From: Octopus bimaculoides
Lineage: Eukaryota
Direction of reading: 5' to 3'
Length of the DNA stretch: 64,000 nucleotides
Assembly (NCBI RefSeq): GCF_001194135.2
Contig: NC_068983.1
Coordinates: 103,191,840 to 103,255,839 of the forward strand
Below are positions 13,905-28,600 of this stretch, one piece after another. Position 1 is the first letter of the stretch. Every line of letters starts with the position of its first letter. Below the pieces are notes generated by a model. It was given only the letters and a program-made list of their open reading frames with translations, had not been told where the DNA came from and did no database searches. A program made the position numbers and the translations under genes.

Positions 13905-14289
13905 NNNNNNNNNNNNNNNNNNNNNNNNNNNNNNNNNNNNNNNNNNNNNNNNNNNNNNNNNNNNNNNNNNNNNNNNNNNNNNNNNNNNNNNNNNNNNNNN
14001 NNNNNNNNNNNNNNNNNNNNNNNNNNNNNNNNNNNNNNNNNNNNNNNNNNNNNNNNNNNNNNNNNNNNNNNNNNNNNNNNNNNNNNNNNNNNNNNNNNNN
14101 NNNNNNNNNNNNNNNNNNNNNNNNNNNNNNNNNNNNNNNNNNNNNNNNNNNNNNNNNNNNNNNNNNNNNNNNNNNNNNNNNNNNNNNNNNNNNNNNNNNN
14201 NNNNNNNNNNNNNNNNNNNNNNNNNNNNNNNNNNNNNNNNNNNNNNNNNNNNNNNNNNNNNNNNNNNNNNNNNNNNNNNNNNNNNNNNN
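13905..14289. other. Assembly gap (N run)
   Basis: Run of N. Other gaps at 1609-1618, 2177-2243, 2822-2831, 17418-17427, 45954-46169, 57368-57503 and 57725-57885; most are flanked by microsatellites. Confidence 0.99.
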
Positions 14290-17200
14290 AGAATATTCCT
14301 AGTTGTAAAGAAAAAAATCAGAGATCATTTTGATTTGCGTATTCCCTTCAGCTTAAAAGCAGTGATTGGAGAGAAATATTTTGATTAATTAGTCATGAGA
14401 GAAATTTCACTTACTAATATCAACTAACTCTATTACACCTAAATTTTTAATATGCACAAAAATGTAAAAAAAAAAAAAATTATTTTGCATATTTATTTAT
14501 ATAAATTATCCAAATGTCAATAATTCTGCAACAACTGGCATACATTATAATTACATGGAAGCCATAACTCATTACTTCCAATATAAGCAAAATACCTGAA
14601 GCACCAATAATTATTAACAAGAGGTGTACTGGGTTGAACAATGCATTTTAATGTTTTGTTTTATATTCTATACCACCCATTCACCTGCATTATAAAACAT
14701 AATTTATCATACTTGCTCTTACCGTTGTAGTGAAATATTTTATACAGCAACGCTGAACAGATTCTAATTAACAGAGAATTTTAATCAATAACTGATTGGT
14801 TATTATTTTTGTAGCAATTACATATCAATTTGTTCGAGTTGGATGGTTTGTTGATTAAGACACATTCTGCTGCAACAGTAAATTTAGAGCAAAATATATT
14901 TCCAATTGCTAATTAAGCTTAAGTGTGTTTGCAGCTGGGTAATCTATTATATTAATTGTTTGAACCAATGACATAGAGATAAATTATCTGTTGTAGAGAA
15001 AATTATATTCCCATGAAAAGAATGAAATATTTCAATGAAATTAATAACTAAGGAAGGAACAACATAAAAACCAGTCAAATATAACCTTCACAAAGAAAAC
15101 ATCACAAAACTGGTGTGATATAACCTTCACAAAACTAGTCAACTAGAAACTTACTAAAGGAAGTGCTCCAAAAACTAGTCATAACAGACATTATATAACA
15201 AGCTAAATAAAATTATCACAAAAGTAATGTACAAAATCAGTCTAATGTAATTGTCATAAAGGAAATATCAAACCAGTCAAATGTAAATATTACAATGTCA
15301 CAAAACTAGTAAAATTTACATTGACCACTGCTAACTGATCTATTCTAGTAATTTCACCAATGCATATTCTTTTACTTCTAAATTTCATTACATATTTCAT
15401 TCAGATGTAATATCAGGCTATGCTATTTCACTATCTATACACTTTTCTTCGATATCTATTTCAATTTTCTGCATTATTTCTAAACTTACTACACTGTTGT
15501 TCAAATACCAGTTTAATACCAGTGCAAGCATTCTTGCACGTATTATATACAGTAGGTTTTAATGAGAAACATATTCCATAAATTAAAACAAACATAAGTA
15601 GCTTGTCATTCATTAGACTAGAACAATTCTAACTGTAGAACGATTCTAAAAATGTATTCAATAAATGCTAAGTAAATATTTGCTACTGATCCAGATTTAA
15701 CATACTACTGGTGATGGACACTTTTTGTTTGTAACTGATGCACTTTTGAGTTTTCTATCACTATATCTAAGATGCTTTCTCAATATAAATACTACAGTTT
15801 TGTGGTTTTTGATACTATATCCATGATATACAAAATGATATTATGAACCAATGCTGTTCTTGTCAATAGTAACAAATTTTTACCCAGCCAGCTAGCTATT
15901 TGTTACATAAGTGATTTGTCAATCATTGTTTTTCTATATCAGTAGAAGGGAAATTTGTCTAAGCTTGTGGTTGAAAGAAGATGCTTGCTACTGATGATGA
16001 GTAAAAATACAGAAAACATGAGTTAGCAATTCTATCACCTGCTGCTGGTACACTTCTGTGCTTTTTAGCAATATGTGTCTATACTAGAAGTTTTCTCAAG
16101 ATGAATACTGCAGTTTTGTGGCTTTCTATAGTATAGTATAGTATAGTAAGATATACAGAATGCTCTTCTGAATTAACACTGCTCCCATTACTAATGACAA
16201 ATACTGTTAAGTTAGTATTGAATTTAATGTCAGTCCTTGGCAATTTAAAACATACCAGAGAACAAGTGGTATTTTACAAACTATACTCAATCATGTCACT
16301 TAGAACAACATCTGAGCTAATGAAAGAATCTACGTAGTGCTTTGACCTGTCCGAAATAGCAACCAAATCTCTTTAAATCACATCTCAAAGACATTTTATA
16401 ATGTAGTCAAAGAATGAATGTGTAAATGAATAGGATGGCCATAGCTGAAATAATTTTGACCATAAGGTCTCTATGATCTGAACTCACTTGTAGCTAAACA
16501 GTAACTAGAAGATTAAAGAAACACCAGTGAACATAATTAGCTTATTGTTGGGGAGAAATTGTTTTCTCTAAAATACTATTTCTCATCACCTTTTAAATAA
16601 GTATTCATCAAAATATTCTTCCTCCATCAAAAGCTTTGCAACAAAATATCCCAAATGATATGAACTCTTGATCAGATTATGTGTGTGTGTGTGTGTGTAT
16701 GCATATATATATATATATATATACACTCACACACTTACATACATTAAAAAATAATAAACATTAACAAGGTTTATAAACAAAATTTAACAACAAAAATTGT
16801 CATGCCCTTTAAAACTGAAGGCATATGCGATGATGTATGTATAAAGAATGAATATTATTAATTTGTAAGTAGAATATAATATATCTAAGCATTAATGATG
16901 AATATTCCAATTGTTCAAATAGTTGAACTACCAACTCATACTCATTGTGTTAGTGTCTGAGTCATTGAGTATTTTACAGACACATATACTTTTAATGTAA
17001 ACATTGGGCAGATTTAGCATGACACTATCGGTGATAAAGCTAGCCCTTTTAATTACAAGTACAATCCAGTTTCCATCTACTTAGTTTAATTCCCAATGCT
17101 TGAATTTACTGTGAAGACATTTACTCAAGAAGCCATACAATGAGATCAAACTCAAAATCTCATGACTGCTAAGCTAACTTAACCACTCGGCCACAGGGTT

Positions 17201-17427
17201 ACATATAAAGATGCCTCTGTATGTGGGGATTTCAAGTGTTAGGGAAATGATTAAAAAAACAAAGAAAAATTGCAAATGATCATAGTTAAGGACTGCTCTG
17301 GCCAGCCACTCCTTCAGCACTGCTTCTAAGTTACCCTATATATAAACGTGAAGAACTTTCACTTTACTCCCAATTGCTAAACTACTAACATTCTATGAAG
17401 AAAGAAAAAAAAAAAAANNNNNNNNNN

Positions 17428-17458
<31 letters not shown>

Positions 17459-18814
17459 CACACGCATTTCATGAATTTCTTCCAGATTGTAATTATTTCC
17501 ACCTTTTATGAAATGTTCCACTTCAGAAAAAGTTTAATAAGTCTAAAGTTATATCACGCTGACAATTTAAAAAAAGAATGAAACAGTGCTATACATGATT
17601 GCCACTGACTAGATATCTTAAGAACTTTGCAACAAGAATGAAAAAAGAAAATGGAGCATTCTGTATGTTTTCCCATATACTTCCTTAAATTCAGAATCAA
17701 ATTTCTAATCTTGACAAATATTATGAAGAAATGATTATCTTCCTTGTAATAACTGTCCTCCAGAAGACAACATGTGAAAGGTGCTTCTTATGGTATGATC
17801 AAATGGCAATTTCTTTTAGGTTCCATATCAGTCAACTGACAGATAGAAAGGCCTACAAATTTAGTTCCTCGCCCATTGGAGTCACTGATAATTTGACAAT
17901 ATCAATAAAACAATGTATTTCAGTCAGTTACAGATTTATTTTCTTTCCTTCATAGAGCTGTCTCTCTTTCTTATAAATAAATGCTTTATACATTTTAGAT
18001 ATAAATCATTATTTCTTTTAAATTGCTGTTCTTAGGTCACACTAACATGCCTGTGCATGTGTGCACACATATGGAAACATGCATACATATACATACATGT
18101 GTGTATCTAAACATGCACAATGTGTAAAGAAATGCTTACCCCCTAACACTATCCTGCTTTTGTCTCAATTTCTTGGCCCTGTTAAAATCACACAGGGAAT
18201 TATCAAAAGAGACTATAAAATTTACTGCCTGTTTCACATGATATAATATTATTTTATATGTATATTAAGTATTATATCTACACTTGGTTGCAACAGAAGT
18301 CTCCAGAATCAAAAAAATTACTACACTAATAGTTTCAAGGTTAGTTGAAAATAAACCTTGCAATTAATCTGAATTATAGGGATTACTGATGATAAATTTT
18401 CTACAAATATTTAAAGGATAGAAGTAATCAACTTTTACAGCTTTCATATTATAATTATAATCATAGTATAAAAAAAAAACAAAAAGAAACATGACAATTA
18501 GACAAGGTATTGTGAAAATGAAATACTAACTGTTTCATTATGCAATGCGCAGGTGTTTTATAACCCAACGAAATTAATCTGATTAAAGCAATTAATTATT
18601 GTTAATGTCGGGGATATTGTGTATATATGTATGTGTGAGAGAGAGAGAGAAGGTGAAGGGGATTTGCAAGTAAGGAAATGTATACATTAACAAAAGAAAT
18701 AAACGAAGTGATAGGAAAAGAAAAAAAAAAACTGAAAAACTTTTAAAGTGAATAAAACAAACTGATCTGGTGTAATAAGAAATTTTTCTTATACTGCTAT
18801 ATAATACAACTAAT

Positions 18815-19610
18815 AATAATTCATTCAAATTTTGGCACAAAGCCAGCAATTTTAGGGAGAGGGAGCAAGTTGATGATAACAACCCCAGTACATGACTGGT
18901 GCTTTATTTTATCCACCCCAAAAGGATGAAAAGTAAAGTTGACTATGACAGGATTTGATCTCAGAACAAATGCTGCAAAGTATTTTGTTTGATGTGCTAA
19001 TGATTTTGCCAATCCATCATCTGATCCTGAGAGGGATAAAGGCAAACTTAACTCTGGTAGGATCTGAAGCCAGATCATAAAGAACCAGAACAAATACTAC
19101 AAGGTATTTTTCTGACATTCTAATGACTGTCAATCTGCTGATAATTCTTTCTACTACAGGCACAAGGCCAGCACTTATCTTTCTTTTTTTTTTTACGGTG
19201 GAGTTCTAGTCAATTATATTGATCCCAGTGATTGACTGGTACTTATTTAAGTGAGCCCCAAAACAGATGAAAGGCAAAGTCAACCTTGGCAGTATTTGAA
19301 CCCAGACAGGCAAAATACCGCTATGCATTTTACCTGGTGTGCTAATGATCTACCAGCTTGCTACCTTGTTAGTATTAATAATGACAATAATGGTTTCAAG
19401 TTTTGGCACAAGGTCAGTAACTTCAGAGGAAGGGGGTAAGTTGATTACATTGACCCCAGTGCTCAGCTGGTACCTATTCTATCGACTCTGAAAAGATGAA
19501 AGGCAAAGTCAACCCCAGTGGCATTTAAACTCAGAACATTAAAGATGGACACAAAATGCTGCTAAGCATTTTGTCCAGCATGTTAATGATTCTGCTAGTT
19601 CATCACCTTC
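18815..19610 (-). mobile_element. Three tandem family A SINE copies
   Basis: Same core motifs (aggatgaaaag..gttgac, gatttgaactcagaa, gattctgcc) repeated at about 18815, 19140 and 19385. Confidence 0.8.
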
Positions 19611-19869
19611 TTAAAAAGAAGATGTAATTCACTGTTCAACCATTCCACTAATAGAGTGAAAGAAAGGTAAACAAGGCACTGGATAGTGCTGAATTGAAGC
19701 TTGAGATAAGTAAGAACAATTTATTTTTTTCTTTATTTCATTAGACATGGAGACTATTTACTGTCCACTAATTGTAATAATGATGCAAGAGAACGTATGG
19801 ATTAGGGGATAATGAATGTGAAAATAAAACAAAAATAACTTTAAATTAATTTTTAAAAAGAAAAAAATT

Positions 19870-22496
19870 TTTTTATTTTAAATGTAAAAACAAAAAGACA
19901 AAAAATAAAATAAAAGATATAACCCCTATATATTTAATATTTTTTATTTTAATTTTTTTTTGTAACTGCTGGTGAGTGGCTGGCAACACACAAAATGGTG
20001 GGGGTGGGGAGGGAATATAAAATAAACAGATTACTTCTGTTTATGGTAGAAGGAGTGGGGGTGAGAGAAAGGTTGTAACAATAATAAAAAAAAATATATA
20101 TTAGAAAGTAAAAAAAAAATGTGAGATTGATTAGTTTAAGCCAACACAGCTTATATATGCTGTGTGTTTTTTCAGTGATTTTAGCTGAGTTAGTGAGACA
20201 AATAGTAGAACTTTAAAAAAGTATTCCATCAAGAGAAACACACACATACACATACATACATGCACACACATATACATGTTCTACTGAGTTCTCTTTGATG
20301 CTCCCTCATTGCAAAGAGATTACCAAGAAGGAAAAAAAAAGCATGATCTATAAAAATATCAAATATGAACCAAAATGTATGGTATTTAATGCAAGCAAAC
20401 AAAAGACTTCTTCAATGCATATATGGTTTCTGAGCTTATAAAACAAGACAAAAATCCAGTCGTTTGTTTGATATAACGTTTGGTTGTGTAAGACAAGAAT
20501 CCAGTATTGTAAATACTTGTCATCTTCTCAGATGTACAGACAGACAGGCAGGCATACATACACATACATGCACACAATGTTACATAGTCAGTCCACTGCA
20601 GACCAAAGTAACAAGAATTTAATGATGACTACGAAACTTTGTTTAATATGGAGGAACCTCTATTAATATAATGACTTGACGAACGAGTTGTTTAGAATAT
20701 TACGATCAACTGGTTGAGAATTGGGACTCAACCAGATCCACTCTACCACTTGACTGCCATATAACATAAATGAATGCTTTTAAAAGAATATTGGCAAGAT
20801 TTTTTTTTTCCCTTTTCTTTTTCTTTCTCGGCAGAGTGGGGGGTGCCTGTTGCTTTTGTTTACATAAACTGAATGATACAGATAAAAATTTCAATAAATC
20901 TATCAGAAATTGAGCACTGGTTGATAAATTTAGGATATGCAATGTTAAGCTATGGCAGTTTCTACATTCCAATCATTATTATCATGCTAATCAAAATGTT
21001 TCAAGATAATAATAAATCAATAACTCTGAAAGGAGAAAGAATTGTACAGCTCAATGTACATAATAACTGATAAAAATCTGATATTTTAATCACTTCCCCT
21101 TTTCTAGTTAAATAAATTTACAAAAAGAACATTTTTTATTTATGATTGAAAAGATGGAAAAAAAAAAAGAAAAAAAAAAAAATTGAAACCTTATTGTAGA
21201 AAAAATTTGTTCTGATATTTTAATTTTCTTGTGTGCATGTGTGTGTTGTATTAGTGGGTACAAACAAACCCATTTAATAGAAATATGCTTGTGCAATCAG
21301 TTTCCAGCTAACAAGAAAGATTTATTTATCATTTGTAATTTAGTAGTTGTAGTGGTAGTAGTAGTAATAATAATAATCGTAATAGAAATAAGCATTTGAA
21401 AATAAGACCAAAAAAAAGTCACCACTTGTCATTTAAAAAAAAATTGCAGCCATAAACGGAAATGATCAGCCCAAAATGGAGGAAAAAAGTGGAAATAAAA
21501 AAAAAATTGATGAAAATATTAAAAAAACAATGATGACATTTTAAATATTGAGGCTTTTCATATCAATTCTGCAACCTGCTTGCTGTTTGCAGTGTGCAGA
21601 CTCTGGCAACAACATCAGTTGGCAGTGAATTACCATAAGGATAGATATGGTAGTTTTTATTAACGGAATGACTGATCTTAGGTTCCCTTCTGGTTTTGTA
21701 ATGTTAAAGTCTTTTGCTGCAAGTATTCACATAAAATGACTTTTCATAGAAAGTGTATGTGTGTCTACATATCACACAAACACACATACATACACTTACA
21801 CGCGAATGCACATTTATACTCACACACAACTATAGAGAAATACATACACCTTATGATTCTGTGAATCAGAACAAAATCTATGTGTGAATACATAATATGG
21901 CTACTGGCTTTATCTGCATTCTGTTGTGGGGTGGGGAAGGAGGAGAGAATAACACATGAGGGCATAATAGAATAAAAAGGGAAGAAAACAATTTTAAAAA
22001 TTAACATAAAAATGTCTTTTATAATACAATACTTAAAGCCAGTTTGCTGGTCAGTTGTGTTGATGTGTATATATATATATACATATATATATATATAACA
22101 TATATATATATATATATATATATATAACATATATATATACACACACACATATATACGTATGTCCATGTGTATGTATGTAAATTGTAGTCAGTTTATCAGT
22201 TCACCTGAATTTATATACCATTATATACCATTCTGAATATCAAATCAACAAAATAAGAAACCTCTCTTCCAGAAAGGTTAACAGGTTTTTTTTTCATGCA
22301 CAGAGTGAGTAATCAGTGCAAGAAGAATTCACAGAAGATCCTGGCAGTTTGACGGCATTTCTCTATATTCCCTGGTTTCCCTTGCTTTTTTTTCTCTTTT
22401 TCTTTCCTTCTGTAGTTTATACCAAGTCCCATTCTTCTCGTTCTGCCTTTCATGTGAATATGTAGACAAGGCTGTGTTTCTTTTTCTGTGTTGGAA
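19870..22496 (-). other. Probable long 3' UTR of the nuclear receptor (extent uncertain)
   Basis: Continuous from the stop codon, free of the abundant SINE families, with many U-rich tracts on the minus strand. AATAAA candidates near 21135-21140 and 19873-19878. End cannot be fixed from DNA alone. Confidence 0.4.
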
Positions 22497-22657
22497 TTAC
22501 ACTTTGTAATCAAAAACTTCTTTGTGTAATTCGGGGAAATCAAACTGGCTGTGTATCGACCGCATGCGAATGTTGTTGAGCGACATGGCATGCTGGTGAT
22601 TAAATTCGCGAAACATTGGAATTGTTCGGATTAGATCATTGAACAAAGTATCATAAT
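22497..22657 (-). CDS. NR terminal coding exon: helices 10-12 (YDTLFNDLIRTIPMFREFNHQHAMSLNNIRMRSIHSQFDFPELHKEVFDYKV*)
   Basis: Acceptor tttccatttcttacag|AT at 22657; TAA at 22499-22497. Frame differs from supplied ORF 22313..22591. Confidence 0.92.
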
Positions 22658-25600
22658 CTGTAAGAAATGGAAACAGAAATTTTAAACAACATACAGAAAG
22701 GAAAATTAGAATTATACAAAAATCTATTAGAATATTACATCAGTGTAAAAAAAAAAGAAAAAGGTATTTATTAAAGATAGGAGATATCAGTAGTTAATCA
22801 ACTTTCAGGCCAACAAAGGCCTTGTACCATATCTTAATGAGAATTAAACTTCAGAAAGCATAGTGGATTCCAATACTACAAATACACAACTAGTCATACT
22901 CTAAGGGATAGAGTTAATTAGAATATAGAGTAGAAAGTTAAATTTCTGTAAAGAATAAACTGCTAGATTAAATTAACTCTTTTGTTACTATAGTTCTGAG
23001 GAAATATAATGCCTTTGTTCCAAATAATTTTGAAACAGATGAAGAATTTAGAAAAATAACTTTGTTATTATTATGCTGATGTTTAGAACATGATATTTTG
23101 ATGGAAGGTTTTAATTTAAAGAATTTTAAAACAGGGAGTCTAACATAGAACTAGAGGCAGTCTTAGGTAGGTTGGTAATCAAGAGTTAAAATGTCAAACA
23201 GGTGGAAAAACAAACTCAACAAAACTTTAAGCATAAATACAAAAATATAAAGACTATTTTTGTGAAGTTCTAATTATCTTTTAACTCTTTCAATTTCAAA
23301 GACAATATTACAAGAACATTTTAATCCTAAATTTGTGATTTTTCTCTCACAGTTATTTACAATACAATATCATTTTAATTCATTAATGAATTCAAAATGA
23401 TATTTACTCTTCATTAGAATCCTCATCATCATCGTTTAATGTCCACTTTCCAATGCTGACATGAGTTAGATGGTTTGACATGGAGCTAGCTAGCAGAGAG
23501 CTGTCCAAACACCAACTGTTTGTAGAAACCATGCCACAACAGACTAGCTCCCTGCCAGCCAGCTCCATGTCACACAATCCAACCTATGTCATCATGAAAA
23601 ATAAATAAATAAAATAAAATTGGGGCCAAACTTTTAGAGACGCAGATTTGACATTAGGTTTCACTCACCACTGGCAAATTTTAATTTTCATAAAACAGAT
23701 GACTAGAAAAAAAATATCTTACCTTTATGGTTAGATTTCAGTTCATTATATAATGCTTGTAAAAAGAGTCCCTGTATTTTAGAAACTGCTTTAACTCCAG
23801 AAAGATTTTGACGATCTGAAAAACAGAATTCATTCATTTCAATTTAGATTCTATTTATTTTAAATTGATCTCCAAATCTATCAAATTGATAAGAATTGCT
23901 CAATTAAAATCATGAAAAGAAACTAATATAAATAAATCCAAATTTAACCATGCTACATAACTGCAAACATAATTTAGCAACACCCACTCCTACCACCACT
24001 GTCACCACCAAATAATAAAAAAAAACACATCAAAATTTAAATGATTTCAACTGAGTTACAAAGATCAAAACTAATAACATTATCCTGATATGTTTTCTTA
24101 ATTATCTTTGAGACAAAAGGAGAGAATTATTTTCAAACCAAAATCCTGTTCCAAATACTTGTAACAGAAGGAATTCAGTTGAAAACACTGGAAGACCAGC
24201 TAGTGGTATTAAACTGGTTGATGAATTATGCCTGGCACTCAGGAACTCAGACTACATAGGGTCACAATAAACACCACAAGGTATTCCAGTTTGATGCCAT
24301 ACCAAGCAATAAATGCACTGGACTGGTACTTTAGTTTATCAACCTTGAAAGGATAAAAGGCAAAGATGATCGTAACAGGTTTTGAACTTAGAAAACTGGA
24401 ACAAACACTATTGTCAGCACTCCGTCGCTTACGACGTCGAGGGTTCCAGTTGACCCGATCAACGGAACAGCCTGCTCGTGAAATTAACGTGCAAATGGCT
24501 GAGCACTCCACAGACACGTGTACCCTTAACGTAGTTCTCGGGGATATTCAGCGTGACACAGTGTGGCAAGGCTGACTCTTTGAATTACAGGCACAACAGA
24601 AACAGGAAGTAAGAGTGAGAGAAAGTTGTGGTGAAAGAGTACAGCAGGGTTCGCCACCATCCCCTGAAGGAGCCTCGCGGCGCTTTAGGTGTTTTCGCTC
24701 AATAAACACTCACAACGCCCAGTCTGGGAATTGAAACCGCGATCCTATGACCGCGAGTCCACTGCCCTAACCACTAGGCCATTGCGCCTCCACAGGAACA
24801 AACACTATAAGGCTCTAACAATTCAACCGAAAACCTCCCACTTTCTAGTAGTATGGTTGTGAGCATCAAACATGAAAATCTCTAGAAATGCTATCAATTT
24901 CAGAGCAGGTCACCGTATGTTATTATTACACAAATACAAGTCGGTGAGCTAGAAGAATCGTTAACATGCCAGGCACAATGGTTAGCAGCATTTCAACCGT
25001 CTTTATGTTCTGAGCTCATATTCCACTGAGGTCGACTTTGCCTTTCATCCTTTTGGGGTTGATAAAATAATTACCAGTTGAACACTGGGGTTGTTGTAAT
25101 TGACTTAACCCATCCCCATGAATTTTCAGGCCTTGTGCCTATAGTAGAAAGGATTATTATACAAATACAAATAACTATTGCTATATTGGATCAGTCAGTG
25201 AAGGTTCATGAAGTTTAAGAAGCATTTACATAAAATCAATAACATTTATAAAACATACAAAAAATAACCTATATATATATATATATATATAAAGAAATAT
25301 AATGTGTCATTACCTGGACAAATTATCAAAACAGCTGTAAAGAGACCAATTTCCTGATCAGATAACTTCAATGGATTAAAGGTTTCTGCCATTAAGAAGA
25401 ATTCTTCAAGAAACTTTCCTAGTGGCATTTCCCGGATTACTTCCCTGAAATGATAAATTAAATAATTATTGAATTTTTCATTACAACAGCAGAATTCGAT
25501 GAATTTTGATGAAAATGTTGAATGAAGCTCACATGTGACAACGTGTCTACTCAAACTAAATTCGGTTTGCATTGAATGCTTAGTAACAACTTTAACCCTT

Positions 25601-28600
25601 TAGTGTTTAAACCGGCTATATCTGGCCAAAATATTCTACCTGTTTTAAGTAAAAACTGGTCAGATATGGTCTTTCATAGCTACCTTACAGTGTCATTTCA
25701 AAATAAACAATAACATCATTGAAATCTCAAAGCCATGAAATATCGCAGGATTAACTTAAAATGGTGTGAATACATAAGCTTTATATCTGACAGAATCTGA
25801 ATGCTAAAGGGTTAGATGAACAGTTATGGCAGATACCAAAAACAAGAGAAGATCTTAATAATGTACTTCATTAGCCATCTTCAATAAATGAGCAGAAGTG
25901 AATCATAAATGTAACTTCCTACCAGAACTTTCAGAAGTCATGAAAGAAACCTCACAGAGGTCCAGTGGCAAAGCCCCCTAGACCAGAAACCATTCCTGCA
26001 TCCTGTTTCCCATGCTGGCATGGGTTAGACATCATCATGAATGGCTATGCCCCTTCCATGTCAATAACAATCATCGATACGCTATAGGCAACTCCTGTGT
26101 ACTGGAACATCTAAAACAAGTGCTTCTACCAGAGAGTCAATGTGGCTTCTGTGCTAATCACAAGGACTGTCAACATGACTTTAGCAGCAAAACTACTCCA
26201 AGGGAAATTTCAGGAGTAGCACTACAGCCTCTAAACCTAATAAAGGTTTCACGTGGTTAGTAGAAACAGTTTAAGGAAGACAATGGGAAAGTTTGGTTGA
26301 TCTGACAACTTGATGACTTATGGTGGGCTGTGTTGGATGATGGAGAGGCATTTGATGCATTCTCAATAACAAATGGCATTGAACAGGGCTGTCATAGCTT
26401 CCACATTTTTCATTATAATGTTTTATGGCTGACTTAGTGTCAACAACATTAGGAGAGAAAATATGTAAAGACTTAAACCATACTAGCATGGGAGCATGGA
26501 TGTCCAATAGTTACAGCAAAATGAAGTAGGAGATTCTAATATCAACTAAAAAGGTGTAACTATAATTTTTCATGATTCCATTAACTCTTCAATCAATAAT
26601 ACTAACCATATTCAATAATTACTAGTTTCTTGTTACTAAGCAACAACAAAGGCCCTATGTTTTAGAAGACATTGTAAAATTCATAAAACCTAGTTTAATG
26701 AGCTGTAATTTTCATGCCTTTGTCCAAGAGTGTCAGTAGGATAAAAGAAGTAAAATGATTTAAAAAAGAAAACAAACTGTGATCCTAGTATGTCAGTGGT
26801 TTATCCAAAAACAATCATAAATATCCTGAGATTTTTACTAAGAAGATTGTACTCATGCATTATCAACATATTCTTGGTTTTTAACTCAATGTCTATAAGG
26901 ATTTTTGTCCATTAGTTATTACCATTTATTCACCCCACTACAAACATCATCATCATGAATGGCTGTGCCCCTTTCATATCAGTAAGAACTAGCAATACTC
27001 AACAGTTAACTCAATGTAAGCCTTTGTAACACACAGTGCACAGTAGAAATCAGTTTACCTTGGACATTGCATCTTCATGTCAGGATCAAACATGGTATAA
27101 TTTTGGTGGTCAACAAGCATACAAAATCTTGCTAACATCACCTCAAAGGTTCCTTGCTTGATCAACTTGATTTGGTCCTCTTGGTCAATTTCAGAGAAAC
27201 CTGGAAAAAAAGGATAATGCCAATAAATAGAATTAATAAAATCAATGTGAGATTTATTTTCTTAACGCTATGTAAACAGAATCCTGCTCCCAGCCTCTGT
27301 AGCTATAGGGCAGCCTGCCCTCAACAACTTGTAGCTATACTACAGCCTGCCCTCAGGTCCCTATAGCTATAATATATCCTTTTTTCAATTCTCTGAGGAA
27401 AGAAAATTGAAAACTTGCTTCATAAGCTAGGTTTTTGGTGGTGGTGGTGGTGGTGGTGGTGGTGGTGGCAGTTTAACATTTAGCTTAAATTTTATGGCAT
27501 TCATAAAATGTGAGACAAATATCATGGACAAGATGCCAGTCTTTCATTGGTAACTTCTTGAATATCTGATAGCTACTTTAGATGGTTAACTAAATTAAGG
27601 CATTGTACAGAATTAAGAGTAGTATTCAAGACCACCAACAAACCTGCTCAATTTTAACAAGAAACTTGAAGCTATTTGTAAGAAAAGAATTTAGATGGGG
27701 AGTGAGAAGAAATTAGATGAGGTGTGTGTGTGTGGTTGGGGGGTAGAAATAAAAATAGAAAATGGAAGAGAAATATTTGTGTGTGTGTGTGTACATGTGT
27801 CATAGAAAGAGGCAAGGGCTAGAAGGAGAATGAAAAGAAACTTGAGAGAGAAGGGATAAAGATAGAAGACAGAGGTTAGAATAACATTACTTACCAGGTA
27901 GCCGCTTGCAGAACTGGACAACATTTGTAATCTCAGGCACCATGTTTGTTAGAAACTGTCTCCACATAAGATCTGAGGCACTATTCTTACCATCCAAAGC
28001 CTAAGTGAAAAAAGAGAAGAAAGTGGATTCTTCAATTCAATTTCATTTAATTAACAATGTGCAAAGTTGAGAAGATTTAAGTGGGGTTTGGTGCTACAAT
28101 AGCAGCCAAATTTCTCTTAAATTATACCCAACCATCTTAAAAAGAGTGCACATCAGATCATGTAGTTCTAATTATTCCTAAAAAGATGGGATGATTGTGG
28201 TGTAAATGTATTTGGTCTTAGGTCTGTTTGATCAGAATTGACTCATGCTAAAACAACAATATGAACTCTTTTGATACCGACCCACCTGAGACCGTTCCAG
28301 GTTCTATGGTGCAAATTTCATGATCTAAACCCTCCATCAAAATTTTATGTTAATTTATGTTCCAAACATCAACTTAACTATGACAAACATATTTTAGCAA
28401 ATTCTTCATCTTTAAAATCAACTGAAATAGATGCAGTGCATTTAAACAGAAACATGGTACAAAAAGTAAAGCTTGAAGAAGGATGGATGTGAAAAACTGC
28501 TAAACCCAAGATATATTACTTCCATAGTGCTTCTATAACACAAAATGTTATGAGATTCACCAAGACATATAAGATACTAGGTGCCATATATGAAAGTAGC

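Noticed and set aside
22313-22591. Supplied 92-aa ORF
   Set aside because: Wrong frame; it overlaps the true terminal NR exon and the 3' UTR.
24239-24575. ORFs 24239..24517 and 24366..24575 (also 47461..47715)
   Set aside because: Incidental frames within family C SINE copies.
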